NCBI RefSeq assembly: GCF_018977255.1
Contig: NW_024704743.1
Location: 76,322,001-76,386,000 of the forward strand
Reading direction: 5' to 3'
DNA length: 64,000 bases
Source of the DNA: Callorhinchus milii
Taxonomy: Eukaryota
Part shown: positions 11,063-22,981 of the stretch, piece by piece
How positions within the stretch are numbered: the stretch's first letter is position 1
How the letters are laid out: each line of letters begins with the position of its first letter
Notes under the pieces: model-generated
What the model was told of the DNA's origin: nothing
What the model saw: the letters and a program-made list of their open reading frames with translations, nothing else
Database searches by the model: none
Made by a program: the position numbers and the translations under genes

Positions 11063-12410
11063 AATAGTGTGTTCAGGATGTCTTACATTCAAAATCTTTG
11101 AGGGAAGTCTACGATTGGTTTACTTAACTGAAATAAAACCTTTTTTTCAAAACTATTAATGATTCATAGGAGAAAAAAACTGATGGATTATCAAATATAA
11201 TAATAATCCTTGCATTTGATACAGCGCTTTATCACATCTTCAAGAAATTTCAAACCCTTCACAGAATACACTGTAAAGTGAGTTGACTGTACATTTTGCG
11301 GGCAGAACGTAGCAGCCAATTGCACACAGCAGTGTCCCACGAATAATCATAGATTGAGTAACCACATTTTTTTTGATCTTTTAAGGAATTATTACTCCTG
11401 GAAAAGCGATCCAGTAGTAGCAGTGCCCTACACTCAACAAATGTCAATGAAACCATTCATCTTGCATTTAATCCCTTCACAGTGTGTCATTCAACTTTGG
11501 GATCTATTGGTGGCAACACAAACGACTCAAGTTTGTTAAGATAGAGAAGTTACACAGAATTAATGCAGGGTATTGTATATGGACCTATTTATCCTGGTAA
11601 CTTGCTATATCAATGGCAGTTCACTATTATTTGCTTCATTGAATTCTTCACACTGATAATATTGCAATAAGCACAATAACGTGTTCGCTTACCTGCCAGG
11701 TAATTGATTTATTAACATGCAGGGAATATTCATTCTGAACAGTGCCTTTTTCCATACGAGTAGAGCAATCTCATTGTGTTTCCTTGTGGCAGTGACTGAT
11801 AATAATAATCTGATATCACTGATGCAATTCCTTGTGTTATAACTTTACGTACGTGACGATTTGAGAAACCGATAACAGATCCGTTCCGTATATGCAAAAG
11901 AAAATGTAACGTTATTAGCTGTCATAGCCCATACGAATTTTTTAATGCAAAATATTCTCTCGTTGGGCTCACATTCTGACTTAATTTGGAAATATCGTGG
12001 TTCGTTCTACATTTAACGCCTCCCAACTGGTTGAAAGGTGTATTGCATTGAAACGGAAATTCAACTCTATTTATATTACCGATCTACAAATCCATAAACG
12101 TCGCAAGTTTCATCGCACACATAATATTTCGCCCACAACACGCACTGTCCAGTCTCTCTGTGAAACGCTTTGGGACTTGACTCTAATCAGATTCAGACAC
12201 GTCAGGACCGGGTGTCAGTGAGTGGCTGTAACATCGTTAAGACTATTCCAATACAATCGGGGAAAAAAAATACAAGTGACACTTATATTAAACGATGTGA
12301 CTATCAGATGCAATGGAATCGGGTTGTGCTGGGGTACATCAGGGGGGTGAGGGTGGGGGGGGGTGAGGGTGCTGTGTGTGTGTACCTGGTCAGTGGGTGG
12401 CAATGGTGAT

Positions 12411-12449
12411 GGTATTTGTATCGCTTTGCTATTGCTCAGTGTCACTGTG
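12411..12449 (-). other. 23-RSS of V3
   Basis: CACAGTG-23-ACAAATACC. Confidence 0.95.
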
Positions 12450-12945
12450 GATACCCAACACGCACAGTAATATGTACCGGCGTCAGACGTCTCGAGTTGT
12501 GCTATTTCCAGTCTGCTGATGCCTCCCTCTGCTATGTTCTCGGCTGTGAATCTGTTAGAGAAACCGTCATCCCTCTGAGGAGAGGACTTGGACTGGATGT
12601 ACATAATCCGCCGAATGGACTGTTTGGGAGTTTGTCGGTACCAGTGAATGACAGCGCTCTCGAACGCTATCCCCTCCACCTGGCAGTGCATGCGGGCAGT
12701 TTTCATCAGATCTCTGGTGATCGATAATTCAGGCTGAATCAGGGTTTGAGCGAGAGATTCAGCTGAAACAAGACACAGATACTGCTGTTATAATAATAGC
12801 AATCCTTATTATAATACACTGTTATATCGTTCCAATGATATTTCCTGATCCGAAGGCAAACGACGCCCAAGAGAGCAATTCGTTCGAGTTTAACGCACTC
12901 ACCCAGGAGGGAGATCACCAGAGCTCCAACAAAGTACAGCCTCAT
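12450..12945 (-). CDS. TRGV: TRGV V3 (intact; leader 12945-12903, V exon 12762-12450)
   Basis: MRLYFVGALVISLL|A ESLAQTLIQP..RMHC..IHWYRQ..YYCACWVS. GTGAGT donor, TTTCAG acceptor. Confidence 0.95.
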
Positions 12946-13016
12946 GTTTCTGGGGCAAGTGCTCACTGAATCTGTTGTGCCAGAACCTGCTACCAAACGA
13001 ATGAAGTGAGTCAGTT

Positions 13017-13046
13017 CAGGAAATGACGGGAGCAGCCTCACCCAAT
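13017..13046. promoter_or_regulatory. ETS (CAGGAAAT) plus CCAAT promoter module of V3
   Basis: CAGGAAATGACG..GCCTCACCCAAT, near-identical in layout to V4 18077-18107; adjacent TGAGTCA (AP-1-like). Confidence 0.55.
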
Positions 13047-13299
13047 GATACAGGTATTCTCATCTTCTGTGGCTGGGAGACCTCATGTTTAACAACAATA
13101 ACTACCTGCATTTATATAGAGTCCCTCACGCAGGATAGCGTCCCGGAGCGCTCGACAGTCGCGGAGCACGACGCTGAGGGAGGAGAAGGGAAAAGTGAAC
13201 GTAGTCACGGTCGAAGAGGAAGATTTTCAGGCGCCACCTGAGGATGGGGAAGGAGGGGTCAAGGCAGAGGGATAGAGGAAGAGTGTTCCAGAGTTTAAT

Positions 13300-13570
13300 A
13301 ATAATCCTTACATTTTATATTAATGCCTTTCACGTCAGAAGGACATCTCAAAGCGCTTCAACTCCCTTTTCTTGTTGAATAGTGCCTTAGGATCTTTAAA
13401 GTCCACTTGAACAGGCAGACAGGATCTCAGTTTAATGTTTCATCTGAAGGACAGTATCTCCAAATTTGCAGCACGCCCGCAGCACTGCATTGGAGTTGCA
13501 GCCTAGAATATATGAGTTCAAAGTCCCAACATGGGGCTTGAACCCACAACTTTCTGATTCTGAGGGAGAT
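13300..13570 (-). mobile_element. Older DeuSINE fragment
   Basis: caggcagacaggatctcagtttaatg..gcactgcattggag..cccacaactttctgattctgag. Confidence 0.7.
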
Positions 13571-13994
13571 GTATAATCAGGATCCAATCAGGAAGTGAAT
13601 AATGTATAATAAAAGTTTGTATTTTGTTGCTATTAAACTTTGCCAGTTTGTTAATTTGTTACTCTGCTTTATTGTTGCTTTTCTATATTTGTTTTTCCAA
13701 TGTTTGTGTTTGGGTCTGAACTGCATGACATACAAACATAAATTATATACATAGTAATGTGTGCTCCCAACGCAATCACTTCAAAAAGTATTGCAATTGC
13801 AAACTTAACCTACATAGTGGACTAAGTAGCATCATACTTCAGTTGTAGAGGTTTAAAAGCTCATTTTGTATTAGAAATATTGTCACAGATTTTTTAACCT
13901 AAAATATTGAACATATTATCTTGCAATTATAGAAATATTACTCATCCCACTGTGAATTATCAGCGGAGCATTTTTGAAATATTAGAACATGAAG

Positions 13995-14885
13995 TTATTT
14001 TGTTGCGCTGTGAGGGCTGTTCCCTCCGTGGCTCCCTGGTTCATTCCTCCATCACAACCAACAGTTGCTCTCCTCATTCTGGCACCTTCCCATGCCAGCG
14101 CAGGAGATGCAATACCTACCCTTTCACCTCCTCTCATACCACTGTCCAGGGCCCCAAATACAGTTTCCAAGTGAGACAACAATTTATGTGTACTACCACC
14201 AATGTAGTTCCCTGCACTCATTGCTCACGGTGTGGTCTCCTCTACATTAGGGAAACAAAACATAGATTGGGTGACCAATTTGCTGAACACCTCCGTTCTG
14301 TCCACAAACACAACTCTGAGCTTCTGGTTTCTTGCCATTTCAACTCTCCGTCCCACTTACGCTTTGACCTCTCCAACCATGGTCTCCTACGTTGTTCCAA
14401 TGAGCCACAGCGCAAGCTCGAGGAACAGCACCTCATTTATCTGCTAGGGACCATGCAGCCCCCTGGCCTCACTATTGATTTCAACAATTTCAGACCATAA
14501 CAACTCACTTTCCCCCTCCCACTGTTCTGTGACCATTCTGCCTATTTTGTTGCAACTCCCCCCTCCGTGTTTTGCATTATTAACACCTCTGTCCCCTTAT
14601 TTTGTTGCAATCCCCTCTTCACTTTGTTTTGTATCATTAACACCTCTTTAACCCATCATCCCCTGTCCTCTACCCCATTTTCTTCTTTGTCTTCCTTGCC
14701 GTGTCTCCCTGGCTCTCTGTTAGCCCTTAAAAGCCTCTCCCTCCCAACATGCCCCAGTTCTGATGAAGGGTTGTGGACCTGAAACGTTGACTCACTTTCC
14801 TTTCTCCAGAGATGCTGCCTGACCTGTTGAGTGTTGCCAGGGACTTCTGTTTCTGTTTCAGATTTCCAGCATCTGCAGTAATTTG
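13995..14885 (+). mobile_element. Penelope-like element 3' part (GIY-YIG endonuclease plus 3' UTR)
   Basis: ORF 13907-14500: GTFPCQRRRCNT..C..C..CGLLYI.ETKHRL...FAEHLRSV..SCHFNS..KLEEQHLI..LGT.QP.GL, typical of the PLE endonuclease; typical 3' UTR cagatttccagcatctgcagta. Confidence 0.9.
14756..14792 (+). ncRNA. Minimal type I hammerhead ribozyme motif
   Basis: AGTT-CTGATGA-AGGGTTGTGGACCT-GAAAC-GTT-GACT: core boxes, stem II, palindromic AACGTT stem III, stem I AGTT/GACT. Confidence 0.7.
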
Positions 14886-14999
14886 TATTAAGTTATTTTT
14901 GTTAATTGGAATCACCTTCTAAGAATTGTCTAAGTTATAGACAGTTGTAGACAGGCTAGATTTCAATATATTTTTAAGATGACAAAGAATCAATATTGG

Positions 15000-16132
15000 C
15001 CTTTTTTACAGATAAACAGTGGAAAACTTGCCAGACAGTGCTCTCAATGGTGAGCTATATTATTTTAGTTGATTAAACTTTGACAATACCCCAATGCATA
15101 CTCTTGGAACCACAAGGTTTAGCTCAATTTGCGCCTAATACTCGCTGGAATTAGGTAAGTGGGTTCTCCAGGGAGATAGTGTGCATTCCATTCCAACACA
15201 GGAATATTTGTATGTTTAAGTGGCATACCTATGTGGGGTCCTGTAGCTCAGTGGTTAGAGCACTCGCCTTGCATGCGAGATACCTGGGTTCAATTCCAGG
15301 CAGGGCGAAACCTTGGGCAAGTTTCCTTACTCCACACGCCTAATAATAATCCCTCCAAAACAAAACAATAATAAATTGGTCATTTTCAATCCACGACTGT
15401 TTGTTGGACACTGCTGTGCGCAATTGGCTTCCGCGTTTCGCCCACAAACATACGGTCAATTCACTTTACAGTGTGTTCTGTGAAGCGCTTTGGGACGTCC
15501 TCCCGACGTGAAAAGCGCTATATCAAATGCAAAGATTATTATTATTATTATTCTACAGTCTATTGTGGAGTCCTGTAGCTCAGTGGTTAGAGCACTCGCT
15601 TTGCAAGCGAGAGACCTGAGTTCAATTCCAGGCAGGGCGAAACCTTGGGCAAGTTTCCTTACTCCACACAGAGCCTAATAGTAATCCCTCCAAAACCAAA
15701 AACAATAATAAAATTGGCATTTTCAATCAACGACTGTTTGTGGGACATTGCTGTGCGCAATTGGCTGCCGCGTTCGCCCACAAATTTACAGTCAATTCAC
15801 TTTACAGTGTGTTCTGTGAAGCGCTTTGGGACGTCCTTCCGACGTGAAAAGCGCTATATCAAATGCAAGGATTATTATTATTATTATTATTCTGTGAAGC
15901 GCTTTGAAACGTCGAGAAGACGTGAAAAGCGCTATATCAAGTGCAAGGATTATTATTATTATATGTGGATCTTTCATTCTGGTTAGGATGCTCTTAAGCA
16001 TGGTGATAGGTTTCCGCATGGGTTAGACATCCGGCTGACCAAAGAAATTAAACAATATAAGGATTAATGCACTTTCAGATCATCAGATCATGTCAACAGG
16101 ATAACAAGTATGTACATGAAACAGTATTACAT
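15000..16132 (-). pseudogene. V5-like pseudogene (family R) interrupted by a SINE array
   Basis: Leader 16132-16090 M*YCFMYILVILLT vs V5 MWQYLMYILIILLP; donor GT changed to GA; acceptor CAG|CC GGA TGT at 16035/16034; decayed exon continues below the SINEs to about 15000; V5-like promoter at 16245-16440. Confidence 0.65.
15233..15960 (+). mobile_element. Head-to-tail array of two tRNA-Ala SINEs plus a partial third tail
   Basis: Heads at 15233 and 15565, extra tail 15891-15960; flanking direct repeat tatgtgg (15230-15236 / 15962-15968). Confidence 0.9.
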
Positions 16133-16854
16133 AGTTTGTGGATTTTAGTGTACTGGACTATTTTAAGACAAATATCAGTGCTGGCAAACAATTCACATAG
16201 TGTTCAGAGAACAGTACATGAGTTCAGAGAACAGTACATGATCAGCGCAAATGAACGGAAAATCTTTAGCCAATTACACCTGCTCTTGTGGTTATAAGAC
16301 AGTTACCTTTGCCTTTTGAAGTTGAACTCTCAACTGTTAATTTTTTGCCTGTTTTTATGTAAGTCTTCAAGCCAAGATAGACAGATAATAACAGATATGA
16401 ATTATCAAGTGCTTCAACAAAACAGAATAAAGATCTTCATATGAGTGAAATCTATTGAATATTTAATTACAGAAGAACTATTTTTATGCAAAAACTAGCA
16501 AATTTCTTCCTCCAGAGAGAAAGAAATGAGATCAGATCAAATGGATCAAAGGGCCTTCTGCATCCAAATATCTCTTGTGATTTTGTGATAATCTTTGCAT
16601 TGATGGTAATAATAATCCTTGAATTTGTTATAATGCCTTAACAGGTCTTAAAGCGCTTCACAGGAATTACTGTAAAGTGTAGTAACTGTGTATTTTAATA
16701 GGCGAATGCCAACTAGATGCTCAATGTCTAATCTTTTTCTCCAGCACTTACAGCACTTATTCCTAGAGACAGTACAAGCCTTTCAAAGGGCAAATGATCT
16801 GCTAGGGTTCATAACTAGCAGCATAGAATTTAAAAGCAAGGAAGTACTGAAAAG

Positions 16855-17075
16855 ATAAACAGAAGTCACTGGGAACACTCAGCAGGTCAGACAGTATCTA
16901 TGGAGAAAGAAAAGTAAATCAACAGGAGAACACTAATTAGTTCTGAGGAAGGGTCATGGATCCGAAACCTTGACTCACTTTCCTTTCTTCACAGATGCTC
17001 CCTGACCTGCTGAGCATTCCCATCAACTTCTGTTTTTGTTTCAGATTTCCAGCATCTGCAGTATTTTGAGTTTTC
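16855..17075 (+). mobile_element. Penelope-derived fold-back mini-element with 13-bp TSD
   Basis: AAGTACTGAAAAG at 16842-16854 and 17076-17088; imperfect inverted arms matching the PLE 3' UTR; internal CTGAGGA..GAAAC hammerhead-like core (16939-16975). Confidence 0.8.
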
Positions 17076-17521
17076 AAGTACTGAAAAGCCCTGATACATT
17101 TTCAATTTAACAGCCAGAAAAAAAATCTGATGGATTTTTATAGTGAAATTAAATTAGCCAAATTAGGCACCAAATTCATTTTGTCTTAGTGTGTCAGACC
17201 ATTTTGCGTTAAAACTCAATTGTAGACAATTCTTAAGTGTTCAGATTTATTTTGGAAAACAATTTCCTGCAGTTTTTGGCAACCAAATTAAGAAGGCATT
17301 TATGATTTTCCACAAGTCTGTGTCATCTTAGATTTCAAGCCTCATGTTGGCTGGGGCAGGATGGATGCATAAATAGAATAAATAAAGCGAGATCTTGAAA
17401 CTGTTACCATGTTTAAAAAATGTAGTAACCTTATACCATCAGAATAAAGCTATGATTATGAGTACAGTTGAAGAGGCAGCTTATTGTAATTGTGGTTTAG
17501 CATGCTAACCACTCAAGTGGA

Positions 17522-17560
17522 GGTTTTTGTAAAGGTTTTTTATGATGCTCTAGCACTGTG
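17522..17560 (-). other. 23-RSS of V4
   Basis: CACAGTG-23-ACAAAAACC (full consensus). Confidence 0.97.
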
Positions 17561-18009
17561 AATCCCAGTAGGCGCAGTAATAGATCCCAGCATCCTTCAG
17601 CTCAATGCCTTTTATAATAAGGTTGCATGATTTCTCGTTCTCTACTTTTTCTGCTGAAAATCGAGCATCAAAACCATCTTCTCTTATTGGATTCAATTCG
17701 GACTGAATGTAGAGTATCCCTTTCAGTGCTTCATGTTTAGTCTGTCGGTACCAATGAATAGAAGCACTACTGAATGATACCTCTTCTACCTTACAAGCAA
17801 ATAATACAATTTTTCCAGAATGCTTTCTGGTTGACAATGCAGGCTGAGTCAACTTTTGAGCATCGCATTCATCTGGAAAGTGAATACAAATACAATAATT
17901 GTCATTTTAAAATACATAGAACAATGATAGACAAGAAAATTATCAAATAGAATGTTAAAAACTAACATAGGACAGAGGTGACCAAAATTACTGCAAAATA
18001 GATCTTCAT
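17561..18009 (-). CDS. TRGV: TRGV V4 (intact; leader 18009-17967, V exon 17872-17561)
   Basis: MKIYFAVILVTSVL|Y ECDAQKLTQP..LFAC..IHWYRQ..SCNLII..YYCAYWD. GTTAGT donor, TTCCAG acceptor. Confidence 0.95.
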
Positions 18010-18076
18010 GTTTCTGTGTGGAACACTGAAATGATTCAGCTTTGGATGGACCTGTTGCTTGACTGATGTAATCATG

Positions 18077-18107
18077 CAGGAAATGATGTGATTCTGCCTC
18101 AGCCAAT
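18077..18107. promoter_or_regulatory. ETS plus CCAAT promoter module of V4
   Basis: CAGGAAATGATG..GCCTCAGCCAAT, followed by the E-box CAGGTG and TGTGGTT further upstream. Confidence 0.55.
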
Positions 18108-18559
18108 CCACATTTGCAGGTGGGCCAAAATGTTTATTTCTGCAACTCGTTCAAAGTTGTTTGTGGTTAATCGCATTTGTTTCTGCTCACGAGGTATACC
18201 TTACTAGTTATTTTGCAGTACGGTGACAAGATGCAGGTGCCGATGAGGCTAGTTGGTGAGTGTTCAATCCCCACGTCCAGACTTTGAGCTCGCAATCAAG
18301 GCCAATAATCAAAGTTATGTTGTGGGAATTCTACTTTGTTGCAGGTGCCATCCTTTGGACGAGTTGTTAAATCAAGGTCCCGTCTACTCGTTTAGGTGGA
18401 TGTTAAAGATACCATGGTATTATTTTGAAAAGAAAATTACCACATCTTACAGAAAAATCCTGTGAAGCAATTTGAGATATCCTGTCAACATTATAACACA
18501 CTGTTTCAAATGCAAGGGTTATTATGAGCAATACACAAATTCACAAGATTCACTAAATC

Positions 18560-19080
18560 ACTAGAGAGGTTCAGATAAAGAAGGCTCATTGGTCCATTTG
18601 ATCTCATCTTTCCAGAGTAATCAACCATTCTCCCATTATAGTATGAAGCTGTTTTTAAATGAATCCAATGCACTGGCCTCAACCATCCTTCCTGATGGCT
18701 CTCCTGGAATTGCCCTTTACAACTCTAAATCAACATTCTCTTGTTCTGCTGTCTCGATGCATCCAAAAGTATTGTTCTGGGTTTACATTCTCAAACCCAT
18801 TTAAAATCTTGTATATCTCCACAAGATTCCCGCTAACTCAAATCCTTTCAAGATGAAGAGTCCTAGCTTGTCTAATCATTGCTCATAGTTCATTCCGATA
18901 ACATGGGGATCATCCTCCTTTAGTGCCTACACAGCCCATTTTTGTCATGGTGAATAGAATAGACCAGAGCACTATGCAGCTTGAACAGTGGTTTTGTTGT
19001 AAACATGGATTTCCCATTATCTTTCATGCCATTTTGCACTCTGGCCATACAAGAAACCAAAGCATCATTTTTGTTCTACA
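18560..19080 (-). mobile_element. CR1 LINE 3' fragment
   Basis: Reverse strand gives degenerate YEQ.LDKLGLFILK and CR1 3' UTR-like sequence. Confidence 0.7.
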
Positions 19081-19254
19081 ATGATAACAGAAATAAGCCT
19101 TGTTAGATAACTGGATACAATTGCTTTAATTATATGTCACATAGTCTGTATCCTGATTTTAAACTAATGATTCCAGAGAACATTAAAAATATAAAGATAA
19201 GAAAAATTGTGTGTACAGTACAAAATTACAAGACAAAATACAATACAAAATTAC

Positions 19255-19930
19255 ATTTGTAAAGTTCCTTTCACATTGGGAGGATGTCCCAAGGCGCTGA
19301 ACAGTCAGGGATTAGGACCTGAGCAGGGGGGGAGTTGGGATCAGGGAGAGTGGATAGCAGAAAGGGTAGGAGGGTGGCCGAAGGCACGGTCAAAGAGGAG
19401 AGTCTTGAGGCATGCCTTGAAAGAAGCAAGGAAAGGAGTGAGGTGAAGGGAATGTGGGATAGAGTTCCAGAGGGTGGGGGCAGAGAGGCTGAAGGCCCAA
19501 CCACCGATGGTGGGGAGGGCTGGGCGGTGGACAAGGTGCAGGCCAGAGCCTGCTGAGCATAGGGACCAGGTAGGTTGATAAGGGATTAGCAGGTCGGAGA
19601 GGTAGGATTTTTAATTCAAGGGATGGGGAGCCAGTGGAGCTGGGCATGGGTGGGTGTAATGGTGGAAAAGTGCCAGTTGACAGGGAGAGGTTAGTAGTGG
19701 AAAAAGAGGAACCTGGGGTTGTCCTTAGCCTCCAAGATTATCTTGGAGTAGAAGGACGATTTAGCGGAGGTGAGGGCGGAGCGGTACGTTTTGATGTGGT
19801 CCAGTCAGATCTGCCGGTGGAGCGTTAAATCAGATTTGAGCCAGGTGGTTCAGCTGACTCTTGAGTGAGCAGAGGTGGCTGGTTTACCAGGGTGAGTTGC
19901 ATGAGTAGGAGGTGAGGGGGGCAAGGGCAT
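19255..19930 (-). mobile_element. L2 LINE 3' fragment
   Basis: TGSPSLELKILP / YLVPMLSR-type L2 C-terminus plus tail. Confidence 0.8.
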
Positions 19931-20218
19931 TGAGAATGGTGGAGAGGGAGTTGTGGAGGAAAGTGATCAAGAATGCTGTATGCTGCAGACCTGAAGCAAA
20001 ACATTGCTGGAAGAGTACAGTTCAGTTAGGATATCAAATAGAAAAACAGGTTAATGTTTCGGGTGTGATTCTGTATCAGAGCTCATTTCCACAGTTTATT
20101 CAGAATTATTGTATAGATTTCCAGTCTTCTTTTAGGCAACTGGTGGCTGTATTACAGAATGCAATGGAATATGCCTTTTGAGGAATTTGCACGGGAATGC
20201 ACACCTCTCGAGCTTGAG

Positions 20219-21070
20219 AAGAAATTACAGCTAGATCTAGATTTACTCTATTTATGTAGAATAAAAGTCACAGTATCCAGCAATGAGCAAATTCTTAAAT
20301 ACACACTGAATTTTGAAGCTGAATTTCTCTAAATACTTTTTAAGAACTACAACAACAGTAAATTACATTTGTGTAGTGCCTTTCACGTCAGAAGGATTTT
20401 CCAAGGTGCTGGCCACCTTGGGACATCAGAGTAACTTCAAAATTAAGTCTTAATTTAACAATTTGCCAAATTCCGGACACTCATTTTATATAAATAAAAT
20501 AAATGTAGAACCCAGGTAGAAAACTTTCCTCATTGATCTATAAGTAGGTTGAAATTTTCTACTATTCAAGGTACCCTGAGCTCAGAAGAGCATCACTGTG
20601 GCATTTCAACTTTATATTTGCATATTTGATCCAGATGGGAGGCATAGGATAAATATAGCATCTCAGTAGTAACGGTACACCTTCAACGGAATAAACCATC
20701 ACACATCAAACATTGATAAACAAACTCAGAAAAATAATGAACAATTTAAAGAGGTTCAACTATTAAAATTGACTTGATGATTTATGCGGAGGAGACAATT
20801 TCCTCAAATTCAGGTCAATGACCAAGACTGTGAAACAAAGCAAAATGTGGGAGAAATTTCATTTGGCTCCAGATTTATTCAGAGATTTATCAGAGTATCC
20901 AGAATTTGATACATTTTTTAATTTGATCTAACCTCAAAGCTCGTTTTCCGCAATTCTTAAGTAAAATTAAAAAAAAAGACTTGCTTCAAAATTTAAGAAT
21001 TTGCCACATTTTAGACACTGAAATACTAAAAGAAAGTGCTATAATTCTAGACCCAATTGGGATTTCTACC
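20219..21070. mobile_element. Two copies of a palindromic MITE-like element (20219-20531, 20850-21070)
   Basis: Inverted arms (tccagaatttg..caaattc.ggacac; gaaattccacttgggt-like ends) shared with 28030-28232 and 33767-34000. Confidence 0.55.
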
Positions 21071-22359
21071 TTAATGCCGTGATTCTGAACCACTAGATGG
21101 TGGTACAGGACAAAGCAAAATGTAACTCTCCAAGAGATTGGAATGATAGGAATGGTGCACATTTGCTGTGGGGGCAATAAAAGTGATAAAAGAGGTAGTT
21201 CCTTTGACCTCAGATTTATTAGCCCTTCAGATTCACAACACGTATCACAAAGAATATGATGGTTTGCAAATGCAATTCCTGACGCAAACATTATAATACA
21301 ATATAACAACAATAATAGTAATAATAAGAATCCTTGCATTTGATATAGCACCTTATCATGTCGTTGAAACATCTCAAAGCCCTTCACAAAATATATTGCA
21401 ATGTAAATATTTTTTGTGGGCAAAACACGGCAGCCAAATGCACACAGCAGTGTCCCAAACAGATTGAGTGATCAAATTATTATTTTATCTATGTATTTCT
21501 GAAAAGCTCCATTTTCCTGCAGGAAGTCCAGAGAAACACAAAGCGTGAATCACAGTAACTCATAAATATGGTCAGAAGTAGCAATCTCTAACCAGTAAAA
21601 TTGCTGGGAACGTAAACCAAGATACAAAATGCTTGGAGCTTTATATCCCCAATGTATGACATGAATTAACATTTTTAACTAAATCACATAGTTCCTTTGT
21701 TAGGAACCTGCAGTGTCTCTGCACATTTAAACTTCAACTCATGAAATAAAGACAATCCTTGCATATCATACACTTGCGCACCTTTTACATCAGTAGAACG
21801 TCTTAAAGCACTTCACAGGATTGTAGCGAACTGTAAAGTATAGCGTCTGTAGTGACTGTATTTCTAGGGTAAAAGACACTAAGGCATAATAAAAATGAAA
21901 CTAGTTACTCTGGGATAACATATAGACTTTAGGTGACGACAACAGGACAACACATCAACAACAAGGCTGATACTTACATCCTAGATCAAGTTCCATTTCG
22001 TGAAAATAAATGCAAACCACTGCAGATGTCCTGAAGAACTTTGGGAAATAGTAGGTACCCACTTATATAGGGTTTTTTCATCTAAGCAGAAACTATGATC
22101 TATAAATCATTTAAAATTAAAATTAGATTCTCATGATTATTTTTATTATTGCAAAAGAAAAATATAAACGGTATGGGGAATGAGCAGCAGAGTGGTTTAG
22201 CCTGGGAAGCTCATGTGGAGAAAAATACCGGCTCAGACTTGATCGGCTGAAAGACATGTTTCTGTGCTATAACATTTTATGATTTTAAGCATCATTTAAA
22301 TGTTAATGAATGTGAACATGTTGCTCACTAATGGGCTTCAGACATAGCAAAAGCCAACA

Positions 22360-22610
22360 ACAACAACAACAAATTACATTTATATAGCGCCTTTCACGAT
22401 GGGAAGACATCTTAATGCGCCAGTCAGGGAATTAAAGCCAATACTAGAAAAGCGAACTGCCAATCGACTAACAACTGGGTTGCTACTTACTGCTAGATAA
22501 ACAGACGAGTGGAGCAAGGAAACTTGCCCAACGTTTCGCCCTGCATGGGAATTGAGCCAAGGTTCTCTCGCTTGTGAGGCTAGTGTTCTAACCACTGAGC
22601 TACAGGAATT
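22360..22610 (-). mobile_element. tRNA-derived SINE variant
   Basis: Reverse complement head cctgtagctcagtggttagaacactagcctcacaagcg; shared L2-type tail. Confidence 0.8.
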
Positions 22611-22981
22611 AATTTATTGCTGAACCTGCATTTAAACATACACACTTTCCAGGAGAGGTAACTGGAAAGTGATTCAAAACTACTACTAATAATAATTCTT
22701 GCATTTGATACAGCGTGTCTCAAAGTGCTATAAAGAAACTTATTTAATGTTTCGCCCTGAACAGTAATCAAACCCATGTCCTCTCACTTGTGAGGTGAGT
22801 GCTCTAGCCAATATGCAAGTAAAAATTATTGTTGTTTTTTCTTGCATGTAACCTGGAGTTGGTGGGGAAGAATGACACTAAGACCAATTTAACACCCCAA
22901 CACAACAGCACTACCACATGCAATGTATTTGCTCCCTGAAACATCAGAAAAACTTGGCAATGCTGCAATTGTGTCAGAAGA

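Noticed and set aside
11478-11484. Isolated perfect heptamers (11478, 20594, 49473, 61134)
   Set aside because: No nonamer at 12 or 23 nt for those checked; 49473 lies within V10 FR1.
15645-15986. ORFs ending [12 protein letters not shown] (10750, 15645, 33229, 37526 and others)
   Set aside because: Translations of SINE tails.
16201-16240. Short tandem duplications (20 bp at 16201; 26 bp at about 38725-38773) as possible arrays
   Set aside because: Two copies only, no spacers; ordinary slippage, not CRISPR-like.
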